Of a stretch of 32,931 bases of DNA, positions 17,314-26,688 are shown piece after piece. The stretch spans positions 1 through 32,931 of the forward strand of contig JALUTT010000109.1 in the NCBI GenBank assembly GCA_027021705.1. Reading direction: 5' to 3'. The stretch comes from Anaerolineae bacterium. GTDB taxonomy: Bacteria > Chloroflexota > Anaerolineae > S140-20. A program made the translations under genes and the position numbers. Position 1 is the stretch's first letter. Every line of letters starts with the position of its first letter. A model generated the notes under the pieces. That model was not told the origin of the DNA and did not search any database. It saw only the letters and a program-made list of their open reading frames with translations.

Positions 17314-17471
17314 CGGCGTAGCGGCTTGGCGGCTTAGCGGCAAGGGGCAAGGAGCAAGGGGCAGGGGGCAAGGGACAGGGGGCAAGGGGCAAGGGGCAGG
17401 GGGCAAGGGCCAAGCGACCACCTGACCACCCGACCAGGCGACCACGTGACCATCTGACCAAGCGACCACCA
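17313..17471 (+). repeat. Compound short tandem repeats
   Basis: ~3 x 8-mer gcggcNtr, 10 x 7-mer gcargg(g/a) (17340-17409), 7 x 8-mer gaccaNNN (17416-17471). Confidence 0.9.
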
Positions 17472-17488
17472 GGGGAGGATAAGCGCCG

Positions 17489-18499
17489 ATGAGAGCGGTC
17501 AAAGTGCTGGAGCGCGTTCTGGCGACCATTCCCATCATGTTCGGCGTGGCCATCGTCGTCTTCTTCTTCATGCGCCTGACGCCAGGCGACCCGGTGGACA
17601 TCATGCTGGGGCAGGGGGGAGCGGTCTCGGCAGGCGAGATGGAACAGTTGCGCCGGGAGTTCCACCTGGACGAGCCCCTGCCGGTGCAACTCTGGCTCTT
17701 CCTCCGGGATGCGGTGCGGGGCGACCTGGGCTACTCCTACGTCCAGAAGCGCCCGGTGACGGTGCTGATCGCCGAGCGGCTGCCGGCCACCATCGAGCTG
17801 GCCCTGGGAGCCCTGCTCTTCGGCCTGGCCGTCGCCATCCCCATCGGGATCATCTCGGCTGTGCGCCAGAACTCCCTGGTGGACCGCCTGAGCATGGCCG
17901 GCGCCTTCCTGGGCATCTCGATGCCCGCCTTCTGGCTGGGCATCCTGATGATCCTGGTCTTCGCCGTCCGGCTGCACTGGCTGCCCGTCCAAGGCCGAAT
18001 TGACGACGCGGCCCGACTGCAGGAGGTGACGGGCTTCTACGTGCTGGACAGCCTGTTGACGGGCAACCGGGCGGCTCTGATCAGCAGCCTGAAGCACCTG
18101 GTGCTCCCTTCGGTGACGCTGGGGTCGGCGGTGGCGGCCGTCGTCGCCCGGGTGCTGCGCTCCAGCATGTTGGAGACGCTGCGCTCCGACTACGTCCTGC
18201 TGGCCCGGGCCAAGGGGGCGCCGGAATGGGGCGTCGTCCTCAAACACGCCCTGCGCAACGCCCTCATCCCCACCGTCACCGTCGTGGGGCTGCAGGTGGG
18301 CGTGCTCCTGGGGGGCAATATGATCGTGGAGACGGTCTTCAGTTGGCCCGGGCTGGGCCGATTGGTCGTTGGGGCCATCTTCGACCGGGACTTCCCCCTG
18401 ATCCAGGGCGCGGTGATGGTCTACGCCTTCACCTTTGTGATGGCCAACCTGATCGTGGACGTGCTCTACACCTACCTGAATCCCAAGATCACGCTGTGA
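17489..18499 (+). CDS. ABC transporter permease (DppB/OppB-like)
   Basis: PGDP, GDLGYS, RLPATIEL, DYVLLARAKG..HALRNALIP, ETVFSWPGLG. Confidence 0.95.
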   Translation: MRAVKVLERVLATIPIMFGVAIVVFFFMRLTPGDPVDIMLGQGGAVSAGEMEQLRREFHLDEPLPVQLWLFLRDAVRGDLGYSYVQKRPVTVLIAERLPATIELALGALLFGLAVAIPIGIISAVRQNSLVDRLSMAGAFLGISMPAFWLGILMILVFAVRLHWLPVQGRIDDAARLQEVTGFYVLDSLLTGNRAALISSLKHLVLPSVTLGSAVAAVVARVLRSSMLETLRSDYVLLARAKGAPEWGVVLKHALRNALIPTVTVVGLQVGVLLGGNMIVETVFSWPGLGRLVVGAIFDRDFPLIQGAVMVYAFTFVMANLIVDVLYTYLNPKITL

Positions 18500-18508
18500 G
18501 AGGAGAGG

Positions 18509-19447
18509 ATGGAAGCAGCACCGCCTGTTGAATCGCCGTGGGGACGGCACGCTTACCTCTGGCGCATCCGGCTGCGGGTGTGGCGGCGCAACCTGGCCGA
18601 CTTCCTGGCCGCGCTGCGGGAGCACCCCCTGGCCCTGGCGGGGGGCATCGTCATCCTGCTCTACGTCCTGGCGGCCCTCTTTGCCCCCTACATCACCGCC
18701 CACGATCCGGTGCGGGGGAACCTGCGGCTGCGCCTGGACCCGCCGGCCTGGTACCCTGAGGGGAACTGGGCCTACCCTCTGGGCACCGACGCCCAGGGGC
18801 GGGACCTCCTGACGCGCATCATCTTCGGAGCCCGCGTCTCCTTGGCCGTCGGCATCCTCTCGGTGGGCATCTCCGCCGGCGTCGGGACCTTCCTGGGGGC
18901 CATCACCGGCTACTACCGAGGGCGGCTGGACGAGATCATCTCCCGCTTCGCCGACCTGCTGTTGGCCTTCCCCTACCTGATCTTCGCCATCGGGGTGATG
19001 GCCTTCCTGGGGTCCGGCTTCACCAACCTGATCCTGGCGCTGACCTTCAAGGGGTGGGTGGAGTTCTTCCGGCTGGTGCGGGGGGAGATGCTCTCGGAGA
19101 AGACGCAGGAGTACGTCGAGGCGGCGCGGGTGACCGGTCAGGGGGATGCGGCCATCATCGTCCGGGAGATCCTGCCCAACATCATCCACTCCGTCTTCGT
19201 GCTGGGCACCCTGCGGATGGGGTATATGATCATCATGGAGGCCAGCCTCAGCTTCCTAGGGCTGGGGATCCCGCCCCACATCCCGGCCTGGGGCTCGATG
19301 GTGGCGGCGGGGCGAGATTACCTGCTGGTGGCCTGGTGGGTCTCCACCTTCCCCGGCCTGGCCATCCTGCTGCTGGTGCTCTCCATCAACGTCTTCGGCG
19401 AGGGGCTGCGGGACATCTTGGACCCCCGGTTGAAGATCGAAGGGTGA
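18509..19447 (+). CDS. ABC transporter permease (DppC/OppC-like)
   Basis: LGTDAQGRD, GARVSL, EYVEAAR, EASLSFLGLG, GEGLRDILDP. Confidence 0.95.
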   Translation: MEAAPPVESPWGRHAYLWRIRLRVWRRNLADFLAALREHPLALAGGIVILLYVLAALFAPYITAHDPVRGNLRLRLDPPAWYPEGNWAYPLGTDAQGRDLLTRIIFGARVSLAVGILSVGISAGVGTFLGAITGYYRGRLDEIISRFADLLLAFPYLIFAIGVMAFLGSGFTNLILALTFKGWVEFFRLVRGEMLSEKTQEYVEAARVTGQGDAAIIVREILPNIIHSVFVLGTLRMGYMIIMEASLSFLGLGIPPHIPAWGSMVAAGRDYLLVAWWVSTFPGLAILLLVLSINVFGEGLRDILDPRLKIEG

Positions 19448-19486
19448 TCGTTGGTAAGGTACTACGACATCAACTCGGTGAACGAT

Positions 19487-20521
19487 ATGAGCGACGGGTT
19501 CTTGTTGGAGCTTCGCAACCTAACCACCGTCTACCCGATGAAGCGAGGGGTGGTCCGGGCGGTGGACCGCGTCAGCCTGGCGCTCCGAGAGGGGGAGATC
19601 CTGGGGCTGGTGGGGGAGTCGGGCTGCGGGAAGAGCACGGTGCTCCTCTCCATCCTGCGCCTGATCCGCCGGCCCGGTTACATCGCCGAGGGGGAGATAT
19701 GGTTCCGAGGCCGGAACCTGCGCGACCTCTCCTCCCGCGCGATGCGGGCCATCCGGGGCAAGGAGATCGCCATGATCTTCCAAGACCCCCTCTCCACCCT
19801 TAACCCGGCCTTCCCCGTGGGCGAGCAGATCCGCGAGGCGCTGCGCCTGCACCACATCGTGGACGGTTCCCGCCTGCCCTGGCCCTTCGACTTCGCCCGG
19901 CGGGCCCGCGAGAAGGCGCGGGTGCTGCAGGTGATGGAGGAGGTGGGTATCCCCTCGCCGATGGACCGCTACGCGGCCTACCCCCACCAGTTCTCCGGCG
20001 GGATGCAGCAGCGGGCCCTCATCGCCATCGCTCTGGCCTGCAACCCCGCCCTCCTCCTGGCCGACGAGCCGACGACCGCCCTAGACGTGACCATCCAGGC
20101 GCAGATTTTGGACCTGATGCGGCGGATCAACCGGGAGCACGGCACGGCCATCATCCTGGTGACCCACGACCTGGGGGTGGCCGCCGAGTTCTGCCAGGCC
20201 ATCGCCGTGATGTACGCCGGCCGCATCGTGGAGAAGGGGCCGGTGGATTCGGTGGTGGAGCGCCCTCAGCACCCCTACACCCAGGGGCTGCTCAACTGCC
20301 GGCCCCGCATCGCCGAGCGGGATCAGCGGGTCCAGCCCATCCCCGGCAACGTGCCCGACTTGGTGGACCTGCCCCCCGGCTGCGCCTTCGCCCCCCGCTG
20401 TGCCCATCGCCGGCCCGTCTGCGGGGAGGGTCCGATCCCGCTCATCCAGGTCGGACCGGACCACTGGAGCCGTTGCCTCATCCACACCGACTACCGGCGG
20501 GAGCCTGAGTGGACCTGGTAG
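19487..20521 (+). CDS. ABC transporter ATP-binding protein (DppD/OppD-like)
   Basis: [34 protein letters not shown]; start 19487 or 19451. Confidence 0.95.
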   Translation: MSDGFLLELRNLTTVYPMKRGVVRAVDRVSLALREGEILGLVGESGCGKSTVLLSILRLIRRPGYIAEGEIWFRGRNLRDLSSRAMRAIRGKEIAMIFQDPLSTLNPAFPVGEQIREALRLHHIVDGSRLPWPFDFARRAREKARVLQVMEEVGIPSPMDRYAAYPHQFSGGMQQRALIAIALACNPALLLADEPTTALDVTIQAQILDLMRRINREHGTAIILVTHDLGVAAEFCQAIAVMYAGRIVEKGPVDSVVERPQHPYTQGLLNCRPRIAERDQRVQPIPGNVPDLVDLPPGCAFAPRCAHRRPVCGEGPIPLIQVGPDHWSRCLIHTDYRREPEWTW

Positions 20522-20576
20522 CCCCCGCCGCCGACCGCGCGATACGCAACACGCATTACGCTACGGGAAAAGCCCT

Positions 20577-21701
20577 ATGACCGAGAGCCGAAGCGCCCCC
20601 TACGATCGCCTGGAGGTTCCGCTCATCGAGGCCCGCAACATTCGCAAGTACTTCCCCCTCCGACCCAGCCTGTTGGCCCGTCTGCTGGCCGGGGCCGAGG
20701 AGAAGATCGTCCAGGCCGTGGACGGCGTGGACCTGCAGATCTGGCCGGGCGAGACGGTGGGGCTGGTGGGGGAGAGCGGCTGTGGCAAGACGACGTTGGG
20801 TCGGGTCCTGACCCGCCTTTACGAACCGACCGGTGGGGAGCTCTACTTCCAGGGACGCCCCCTTGATGGCGACACGGTGATGCTCACCCCCGACGGTGGC
20901 GGTCCGCCCCGGCCGGTGAAGTTCTACCGCCTGGCCCAGATCATCTTCCAGAACCCCTACTCCTCGCTGAACCCCCGCAAGACGGTGCGGGAGATCATCG
21001 GCGTTCCCCTGCGCCAGCGGGGCATCACCGACCCTCTGGAGCGGGAAGCGGAGACCGTTCGGCTCCTGCGTCGGGTGGGGCTGAGCGAGCGCCACCTGGA
21101 CGCCTATCCCCATCAGTTCTCCGGCGGTCAGCGGCAGCGGATCGGCATCGCCCGCGCCCTGGCCATGCGCCCCCGTTTCATCGTCGCCGACGAGCCCGTC
21201 TCCTCCCTGGACGTTTCCATCCAGGCCCAGGTGATCAACCTGCTGGAGGAGCTCCAGGATGAGTATCGGCTGACCTATCTCTTCATCGCCCACGACCTGA
21301 GCGTGATCTACTACATCAGCGACCGGGTCGCCGTGATGTACCTGGGCCACATCGTGGAGGAGGGGCCGACGGATGATCTCTTCAACGAGCCGCGCCATCC
21401 CTACACCCAGGCGCTGCTGGCGGCGATCCCCCGGGTGCGGAAGGAGTTCCGGCGGAAGCGGATCCTCCTCTCCGGCGGCGTCCCCAGCCCCATCAACCCG
21501 CCCCCGGGATGCCCCTTCCACCCGCGATGTTTCGCCCAGGTGGGGCGCATCTGCGAGGAGCAATACCCCCCCTTCTTCCAAGTCGGTGTCCAGAAGGTAG
21601 CCTGTTGGCTTTATGAGGACCACCAACTGTCAACGGCTCCCCGTTCCGCCCCCGCGCCTCACAGGCGAAGATGCGGGGCAGCGGGGCCGGGTTCCCCTTG
21701 A
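20577..21701 (+). CDS. ABC transporter ATP-binding protein (DppF/OppF-like)
   Basis: GESGCGKT, FSGGQRQR, ADEP, HPYT, GCPFHPRC, VACWL. Confidence 0.95.
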   Translation: MTESRSAPYDRLEVPLIEARNIRKYFPLRPSLLARLLAGAEEKIVQAVDGVDLQIWPGETVGLVGESGCGKTTLGRVLTRLYEPTGGELYFQGRPLDGDTVMLTPDGGGPPRPVKFYRLAQIIFQNPYSSLNPRKTVREIIGVPLRQRGITDPLEREAETVRLLRRVGLSERHLDAYPHQFSGGQRQRIGIARALAMRPRFIVADEPVSSLDVSIQAQVINLLEELQDEYRLTYLFIAHDLSVIYYISDRVAVMYLGHIVEEGPTDDLFNEPRHPYTQALLAAIPRVRKEFRRKRILLSGGVPSPINPPPGCPFHPRCFAQVGRICEEQYPPFFQVGVQKVACWLYEDHQLSTAPRSAPAPHRRRCGAAGPGSP

Positions 21702-21771
21702 CCAGGTAACGGCCCCGCTCCGTCGTCAGCCGGGCGGCCTCGTTGATGTCTCCGCCTGTCACCGGGTCCAC
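21649..21771 (-). pseudogene. N-terminal fragment of a fructosamine kinase family gene
   Basis: PVTGGDINEAARLTTERGRYLVKGNPAPLPRIFACEARG fits the recalled GGxIN..YFVK..F..EARG pattern, with coding-like codon use; the rest of the domain is missing. Confidence 0.6.
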
Positions 21772-21866
21772 TCACCCATCCTCCCCGCTCCCAGGCCCCA
21801 ACGCCCGACTTCCGACTCCTCCTCCAGATTGGAGCATAGCTCTCCTCCCCTGCCAATCCCGGCGCG
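21772..21866 (-). repeat. Second copy of the MNT promoter and leader, lacking unit B2
   Basis: 21772-21795 is identical to 10904-10927 (24 bp); 21828-21866 matches 11049-11087 at 36/39. Confidence 0.88.
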
Positions 21867-21873
21867 AAGCCGA

Positions 21874-21902
21874 TTGACACATCGTTGGAACCGGGGTATA
21901 CT
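21874..21902 (+). promoter_or_regulatory. sigma70-type promoter of the kinase gene
   Basis: TTGACA-N17-TATACT. Confidence 0.75.
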
Positions 21903-21944
21903 TCCATCGTCCATCCATCCTGCCGGTCCCCCAACAGGCGCGCT

Positions 21945-24125
21945 ATGAAGTCAGACACCCTCATCGGTCGCACCATCGGCCCTTACCAGGTCCTGGAGAA
22001 GATCGGGCAGGGCGGGATGGCCGAGGTCTACAAGGCCTTTCACCCCGCCCTCCGCCGTTACGTCGCCATCAAACTGCTGGGACGTTTCCTCCAGTCCGAT
22101 CCCTCCTTTGCTCAACGCTTCCAGCGGGAAGCCCAGGCTGCGGCTGCCCTGCGCCACCCCAACATCATCCAGGTCTTCGACTTCGGCAACATCAACGGCG
22201 GTCACTACCTGGTGATGGAGTACGTGGAGGGCACCGACCTCCGGGCCGAGATAGACCGGCGGCAGCAGGAGGGCAGGCCCTTTACCTCCGATGAGGTGCT
22301 GAACCTCCTGGGGCAGGTCGCCGACGCCCTGGACTACGCCCATCAACGGGGCATCGTTCACCGGGACGTCAAGCCGGCCAATATCCTCCTCACCTCTGAC
22401 GGTCAGGCCATCCTGACCGACTTCGGCCTGGCGATGCTCCGCAACCGGGTCAGCCAGGCCACTCTGGGCCACTCCTTTGGCACGCCCGAGTACATCGCCC
22501 CAGAACAGGCGGTGGACTCCCGGGCCGCCGTTCCCCAGTCGGACATCTACGCCCTGGGGGTGATCCTCTACGAGATGGTCACCGGCCACCTGCCCTTCGA
22601 GGCCGATTCTCCCCTTAGCCTGGCCCTAAAGCACATCAACGAAGACCCCACGCCGCCCCGCCACTACGCGCCCCATCTGCCGCCGGCTGTCGAAGCGGTC
22701 ATCCTGCGGGCCTTGGCCAAGGAACCTCGAAACCGCTTCCCCACCGCCGGGGCGATGATCGAGGCCCTGCGCCGGGCCTGGTCGGGCAAGTCGGCTCCCG
22801 CCCCTTCCATCGAACCAACCCGCCCTGCCCACCCCGTCCGTCAAAGCCCGCCATCCCCGCCGCCTCCGCCGCCCCGAGTCCCGCCGTCGCCGGAGGCGGC
22901 CGATACCGTTCCTGCCAGCACCCCCCTCCTGCGTCGTCGCGGGGTTGTTGCCGCCGGTCTGGCCCTGCTGCTCCTGATCGGATTCCTGGGCCTCGCCCTT
23001 CTCCTACGCAGTGGAGGTCCCCTGGCGGTGGCGATGGCAACGGCCACTGCAACCCCCACCGTAACCCCAAGACCCTCTCCGACGCCCGTGCCTACCGCTA
23101 CGGCGACCACCACCCCGGCTCCCACAGCGACTCCCACGACCACCGGCACCGCCACCCGCACGGCCACACCGCGGCCCTCGGCCACGCCGACGGCAACCCA
23201 ACCCACCCTACCTACGGTGCCGGCGGTACTTCCGGGCAGCCCGTCACCCACCGCTACGCCGACGGCGACGCCCACGAACACCCCATCGCCCTCTCCAACG
23301 GCAACGCCGACCACCACCCCTACGCCGACGGAGACGCCAACGCCAACGCCAACGCCGACACTGGCCCCCGGCCAGACCTTCATCCGTCCTCCCGACGGCA
23401 TGACGATGCACTTCATCCCCGGAGGGCCTTTCCTGATGGGCACCGACGACGATCCGCTGGCCTATCCTCACGAGAAGCCTCAGCACGAAGTCACGCTGGG
23501 ACCTTTCTGGATAGACGAGACGGAGGTGACCAACGACCAGTACCGGCTCTGTGTCGAGGCCGGTGCCTGCGAGCCTCCCATCAAGCGCACCGCTTACGAC
23601 GACCCTGACCAGGCTAACCACCCGGTCATCTACGTTACCTGGGAGCAAGCCAATGCCTACTGCCGCTGGCTGGCCGAGGAGACCGGCTGGGATGTTCACC
23701 TGCCCACGGAAGCCCAGTGGGAGAAGGCCGCGTCCTGGGACCCGGCTACCGGGACGAAACGGCGCTACCCCTGGGGGGACGAGGATCCAGATCCAACGCG
23801 GCTCAACTACAACGGCAGCGGTCTGGGCCGCACCGCCCCGGTAGGTAGCTACCCCGCCGGAGCCAGCCCTTATGGGGCGCTGGACATGGCCGGCAACGTC
23901 TGGGAATGGGTTGCCGACTGGTATGGGCAGGACTACTACAGCACCCCTGACCTCCCCCCCGATCCTCCCGGCCCCGCCCAAGGAACACAGCGAGTGATCC
24001 GAGGAGGCTCCTACGGCTTCGGCGCTCGCCAGGCCCGCACCACCCATCGGGACGCGGCCAGTCCTCAGGCCAGCGGCGGTGGCCTGGGTTTCCGTTGCGC
24101 CGTCAGCGCCTCCGACCTCTTCTAG
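21945..24125 (+). CDS. Hanks-type Ser/Thr kinase with TM helix, Pro/Thr-rich linker and C-terminal FGE-sulfatase (SUMF1-like) domain
   Basis: GQGGMAEVY, VAIK, HRDVKPAN, DFG, GTPEYIAPE; TEVTN, LPTEAQWEKAA, DMAGNVWEW, RGGS, GFRC. Confidence 0.95.
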   Translation: MKSDTLIGRTIGPYQVLEKIGQGGMAEVYKAFHPALRRYVAIKLLGRFLQSDPSFAQRFQREAQAAAALRHPNIIQVFDFGNINGGHYLVMEYVEGTDLRAEIDRRQQEGRPFTSDEVLNLLGQVADALDYAHQRGIVHRDVKPANILLTSDGQAILTDFGLAMLRNRVSQATLGHSFGTPEYIAPEQAVDSRAAVPQSDIYALGVILYEMVTGHLPFEADSPLSLALKHINEDPTPPRHYAPHLPPAVEAVILRALAKEPRNRFPTAGAMIEALRRAWSGKSAPAPSIEPTRPAHPVRQSPPSPPPPPPRVPPSPEAADTVPASTPLLRRRGVVAAGLALLLLIGFLGLALLLRSGGPLAVAMATATATPTVTPRPSPTPVPTATATTTPAPTATPTTTGTATRTATPRPSATPTATQPTLPTVPAVLPGSPSPTATPTATPTNTPSPSPTATPTTTPTPTETPTPTPTPTLAPGQTFIRPPDGMTMHFIPGGPFLMGTDDDPLAYPHEKPQHEVTLGPFWIDETEVTNDQYRLCVEAGACEPPIKRTAYDDPDQANHPVIYVTWEQANAYCRWLAEETGWDVHLPTEAQWEKAASWDPATGTKRRYPWGDEDPDPTRLNYNGSGLGRTAPVGSYPAGASPYGALDMAGNVWEWVADWYGQDYYSTPDLPPDPPGPAQGTQRVIRGGSYGFGARQARTTHRDAASPQASGGGLGFRCAVSASDLF

Positions 24126-24131
24126 CGTCCG

Positions 24132-24896
24132 GTGGAAGCGAAGCCCCGATGCTGGACATGGACCGTGGGGGGGCTTGTGCTGGCCCTGGGGTTGGGCTTG
24201 CTCCTGGCCCTGGCGTTGGCCCTGGGCTGGCGTCGTCCCACCCTACCGCGTCCTCCCGATTGGCAAGCCACCTTCTCCTCCGACGAAGGCTGGCAACAGG
24301 GAGGAAGCGTGCAGGCCCGCTGTGACGAAGACCTCTGCCTCCTGGCCCTGCCCAACCCGGCCCAACAGGGCTGGCTGGTGGGAGGACCCATCTGGCGCGA
24401 TCTAGAGATCGAAGTGACCATCACTCCGCTGGCCGGCCTTGGGAGCGCCGACTACGGCCTCCTGCTTCAGCGCACCGAGCCACCTTTCACCACGCTCCTT
24501 TTCCTGATCGGGGACGATGGCTACGTCTCCATCTGGCGATCCCAGGGGGAGAGCACTGCCGACGCACTCCGCTCGCCGACTCACTGGGCTCCCCTCCATC
24601 CATGGCAGGAATGGCCCCACGTGCGCCGGGGGATGACGGCGAACCGGCTGCGCGTCCGCTGCCAGGAGATGCGATGCCGTTTCTTCGTCAACGACGAGTT
24701 CACCGCCGAGGTTGAGGGAGAAGGGGGAAAGAAGCAGGTGGGACTCTTCCTGCGCACCTACGAGTGGGGGGGCCTGACGGTTCGCTTCCAGACTCTGCGG
24801 GTGTGGGACCTGGGAGGGGATGCGGACCCGGCAAGTGCCCAATCGGCACCCGGGGAGATGCGAATGCAAGGAACCCCGACCTGCGGAGACCATTGA
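24132..24896 (+). CDS. Membrane-anchored hypothetical protein, possibly a beta-sandwich (DUF1080-like) domain
   Basis: N-terminal hydrophobic anchor; YGLLL, NRLRVRC, FFVND, VGLF, VRF beta-strand pattern. Confidence 0.65.
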   Translation: MEAKPRCWTWTVGGLVLALGLGLLLALALALGWRRPTLPRPPDWQATFSSDEGWQQGGSVQARCDEDLCLLALPNPAQQGWLVGGPIWRDLEIEVTITPLAGLGSADYGLLLQRTEPPFTTLLFLIGDDGYVSIWRSQGESTADALRSPTHWAPLHPWQEWPHVRRGMTANRLRVRCQEMRCRFFVNDEFTAEVEGEGGKKQVGLFLRTYEWGGLTVRFQTLRVWDLGGDADPASAQSAPGEMRMQGTPTCGDH

Positions 24897-24918
24897 GGGC
24901 CAGGAAGGGAACCCCGGC

Positions 24919-26592
24919 CTACGGGGACGCTACCAAGGGGAGAAAGGTCCGGAACCTCTGCTGCACGGTGACCGTCTGGGCGTAGCCGTTCACCTCGACC
25001 ACGCCGTCGGAGTTGACCGTCCGCACTTCAATGACGTAAGAACCCGGTTCCAGGTCCAGCAGGATGACGAAGGGCTCAATCACCTCGTCGAAGGCCCCAT
25101 CCTGGGGAACCGCCTGTTGCCATTCCCCATCGTCCACCCGGTAACGGACCTCCGCCACCGTCGGCCCCTGGGGCATCGGGTCGCCGAAAGCAGCCGTGGA
25201 CAGCCCTTGGATGGTGACCGGTCCCTCGGCATGAAGCGGACCCAACGTCGAGTCTACCTGGGTGTTCAGGTAGCCGTCCACCGGGTCGGGGATGAAGAAG
25301 GTGTGGGTAACTACGGGGGAGACGTTGCCCACACTGTTTACAGCCCGTAGGGAGAGGGTGTGCAACCCCACAGGCAGCGAGGTGAGCGTGAGGCGAAAGG
25401 TCTCTGAGATCGTGTCAAAGGCCCCGTCGGCTGCCTCGGCCACCTCCCACCCGGAGGCATTGTCCAGGCGGTGCTCCACGGCGGCGATGGTGTTGATGGT
25501 CACATCGCTCAGCGTGGGTGACGGATAGGGGAGGTCCCTCGCCCAGCCCCCCAAGGAAAGCCGGTCCCCACCCTCTTCAACGGACTGTAGGCGGAGCTCA
25601 GGGGTCGTGTCCGCCGGGTCGAGGATGCCGTCGTCATCGGTGTCCCACCAGCCGATCTGCCCTCGGGCGTAGGGATCAATGGCACCGCTGAAGAAGGGGG
25701 AGATGCCCCCGCGCATAATGCTGGGGAGGTCCATAGCACACTGACCAGCCTGGCTGTTCTGCGTCTCCACGTTCAGGTAGCCAGAGGTGATCTCACAGCC
25801 GATCCCGGCAGTGGCATACTGGTCCAGGGCTCGAAAGATGTGGCCAATCTCGTGGGCCAGGACGGCGTCCATGTTGTGGATGCCGTAGCCGTCGTTGTCG
25901 TAGGTCATCACCAGGAAGGGGCCACCGATGTAGGCATAGGCGAAGTAGCCGTTGGCGAAGCGGCCATCGGCATCGGCGCTGGAGTCCACGATGAAGACCG
26001 CAAAGGCCCAGTCGGCCCCGGTGCGCTCCCGCAGGTCGTTGACGTAACGGCGCACCTGCGTGAAGTAGTTGTCCTCTTCATACCCCAGCTGCGCCATCAC
26101 CTCTCCGATCCAGAGCCGTTCCTCGTACTGGGGATGGGTGATGGGTTCGTAACCTGTAGGGATGCCGATCCGCTCCTCCACGGTGAAAGTCAGTCGGGCC
26201 GCCGGCTCCCGCTGCTGCCACCAGGCCAAGCCGGCCTCCACCTCCCGTCGGATCGCCGCGATCTCTTCGTCCGTCCAATCCTCCTGATTGGGTTCCCTGG
26301 AGCCATCGCTCTCCGGCAGGATGAGCCCGACGGCCACGCGACCGATCATGTACTCGCTGGTCTGGTAGAAGCCGGGGGTGCCGTCACCCTCCAGGGCGGC
26401 GGCGGCCAGGGGGGCATCGGGGGGGAGCAGGGCGTCCAGGGGCGGGGGGGACAGATCATCGGCAGGGGGGGCCGCTAGGGTGGGCAGGACCGAAAGTACC
26501 GGCATCATCCATAGCATCAGGCTGGCGAGGAGCCCTCCCGCCCCCAGACGACGTAGCCAACGACGATAGAGATGAACCGATCTGTTGTTCAT
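24919..26592 (-). CDS. Secreted zinc metalloprotease-like protein with two related C-terminal beta domains
   Basis: Signal peptide, AHEIGHIFRALDQY, DTDDDGILD, repeated DGAFD..E.F, C-terminal FLPLV. Confidence 0.8.
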   Translation of the reverse strand: MNNRSVHLYRRWLRRLGAGGLLASLMLWMMPVLSVLPTLAAPPADDLSPPPLDALLPPDAPLAAAALEGDGTPGFYQTSEYMIGRVAVGLILPESDGSREPNQEDWTDEEIAAIRREVEAGLAWWQQREPAARLTFTVEERIGIPTGYEPITHPQYEERLWIGEVMAQLGYEEDNYFTQVRRYVNDLRERTGADWAFAVFIVDSSADADGRFANGYFAYAYIGGPFLVMTYDNDGYGIHNMDAVLAHEIGHIFRALDQYATAGIGCEITSGYLNVETQNSQAGQCAMDLPSIMRGGISPFFSGAIDPYARGQIGWWDTDDDGILDPADTTPELRLQSVEEGGDRLSLGGWARDLPYPSPTLSDVTINTIAAVEHRLDNASGWEVAEAADGAFDTISETFRLTLTSLPVGLHTLSLRAVNSVGNVSPVVTHTFFIPDPVDGYLNTQVDSTLGPLHAEGPVTIQGLSTAAFGDPMPQGPTVAEVRYRVDDGEWQQAVPQDGAFDEVIEPFVILLDLEPGSYVIEVRTVNSDGVVEVNGYAQTVTVQQRFRTFLPLVASP

Positions 26593-26688
26593 GGACCCCT
26601 TCTTCCCTGCCTGATGGAGTGTACACCTCCATGATGCAGGAAAAAGGGGTGTTGTGCCGTTGGCCTTCCGTTGGCGTTGGGTTGGCTA

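Noticed and set aside
11593..21626. Long antisense ORFs (e.g. 11593-13653, 13654-16368, 16775-19189)
   Set aside because: Shadow frames of high-GC genes with clear + strand homology; they contain no recognisable motifs.
21649..21771. DINEAARL..GRYLVKG as an adenylate cyclase fragment
   Set aside because: The motif spacing is far too short for a class III cyclase, and the whole stretch fits the fructosamine kinase N-terminus better.
23988..24105. FGE domain tail as a diversity-generating retroelement variable region
   Set aside because: No template repeat or reverse transcriptase in the window; the gggtttccg match near 27728 does not extend.
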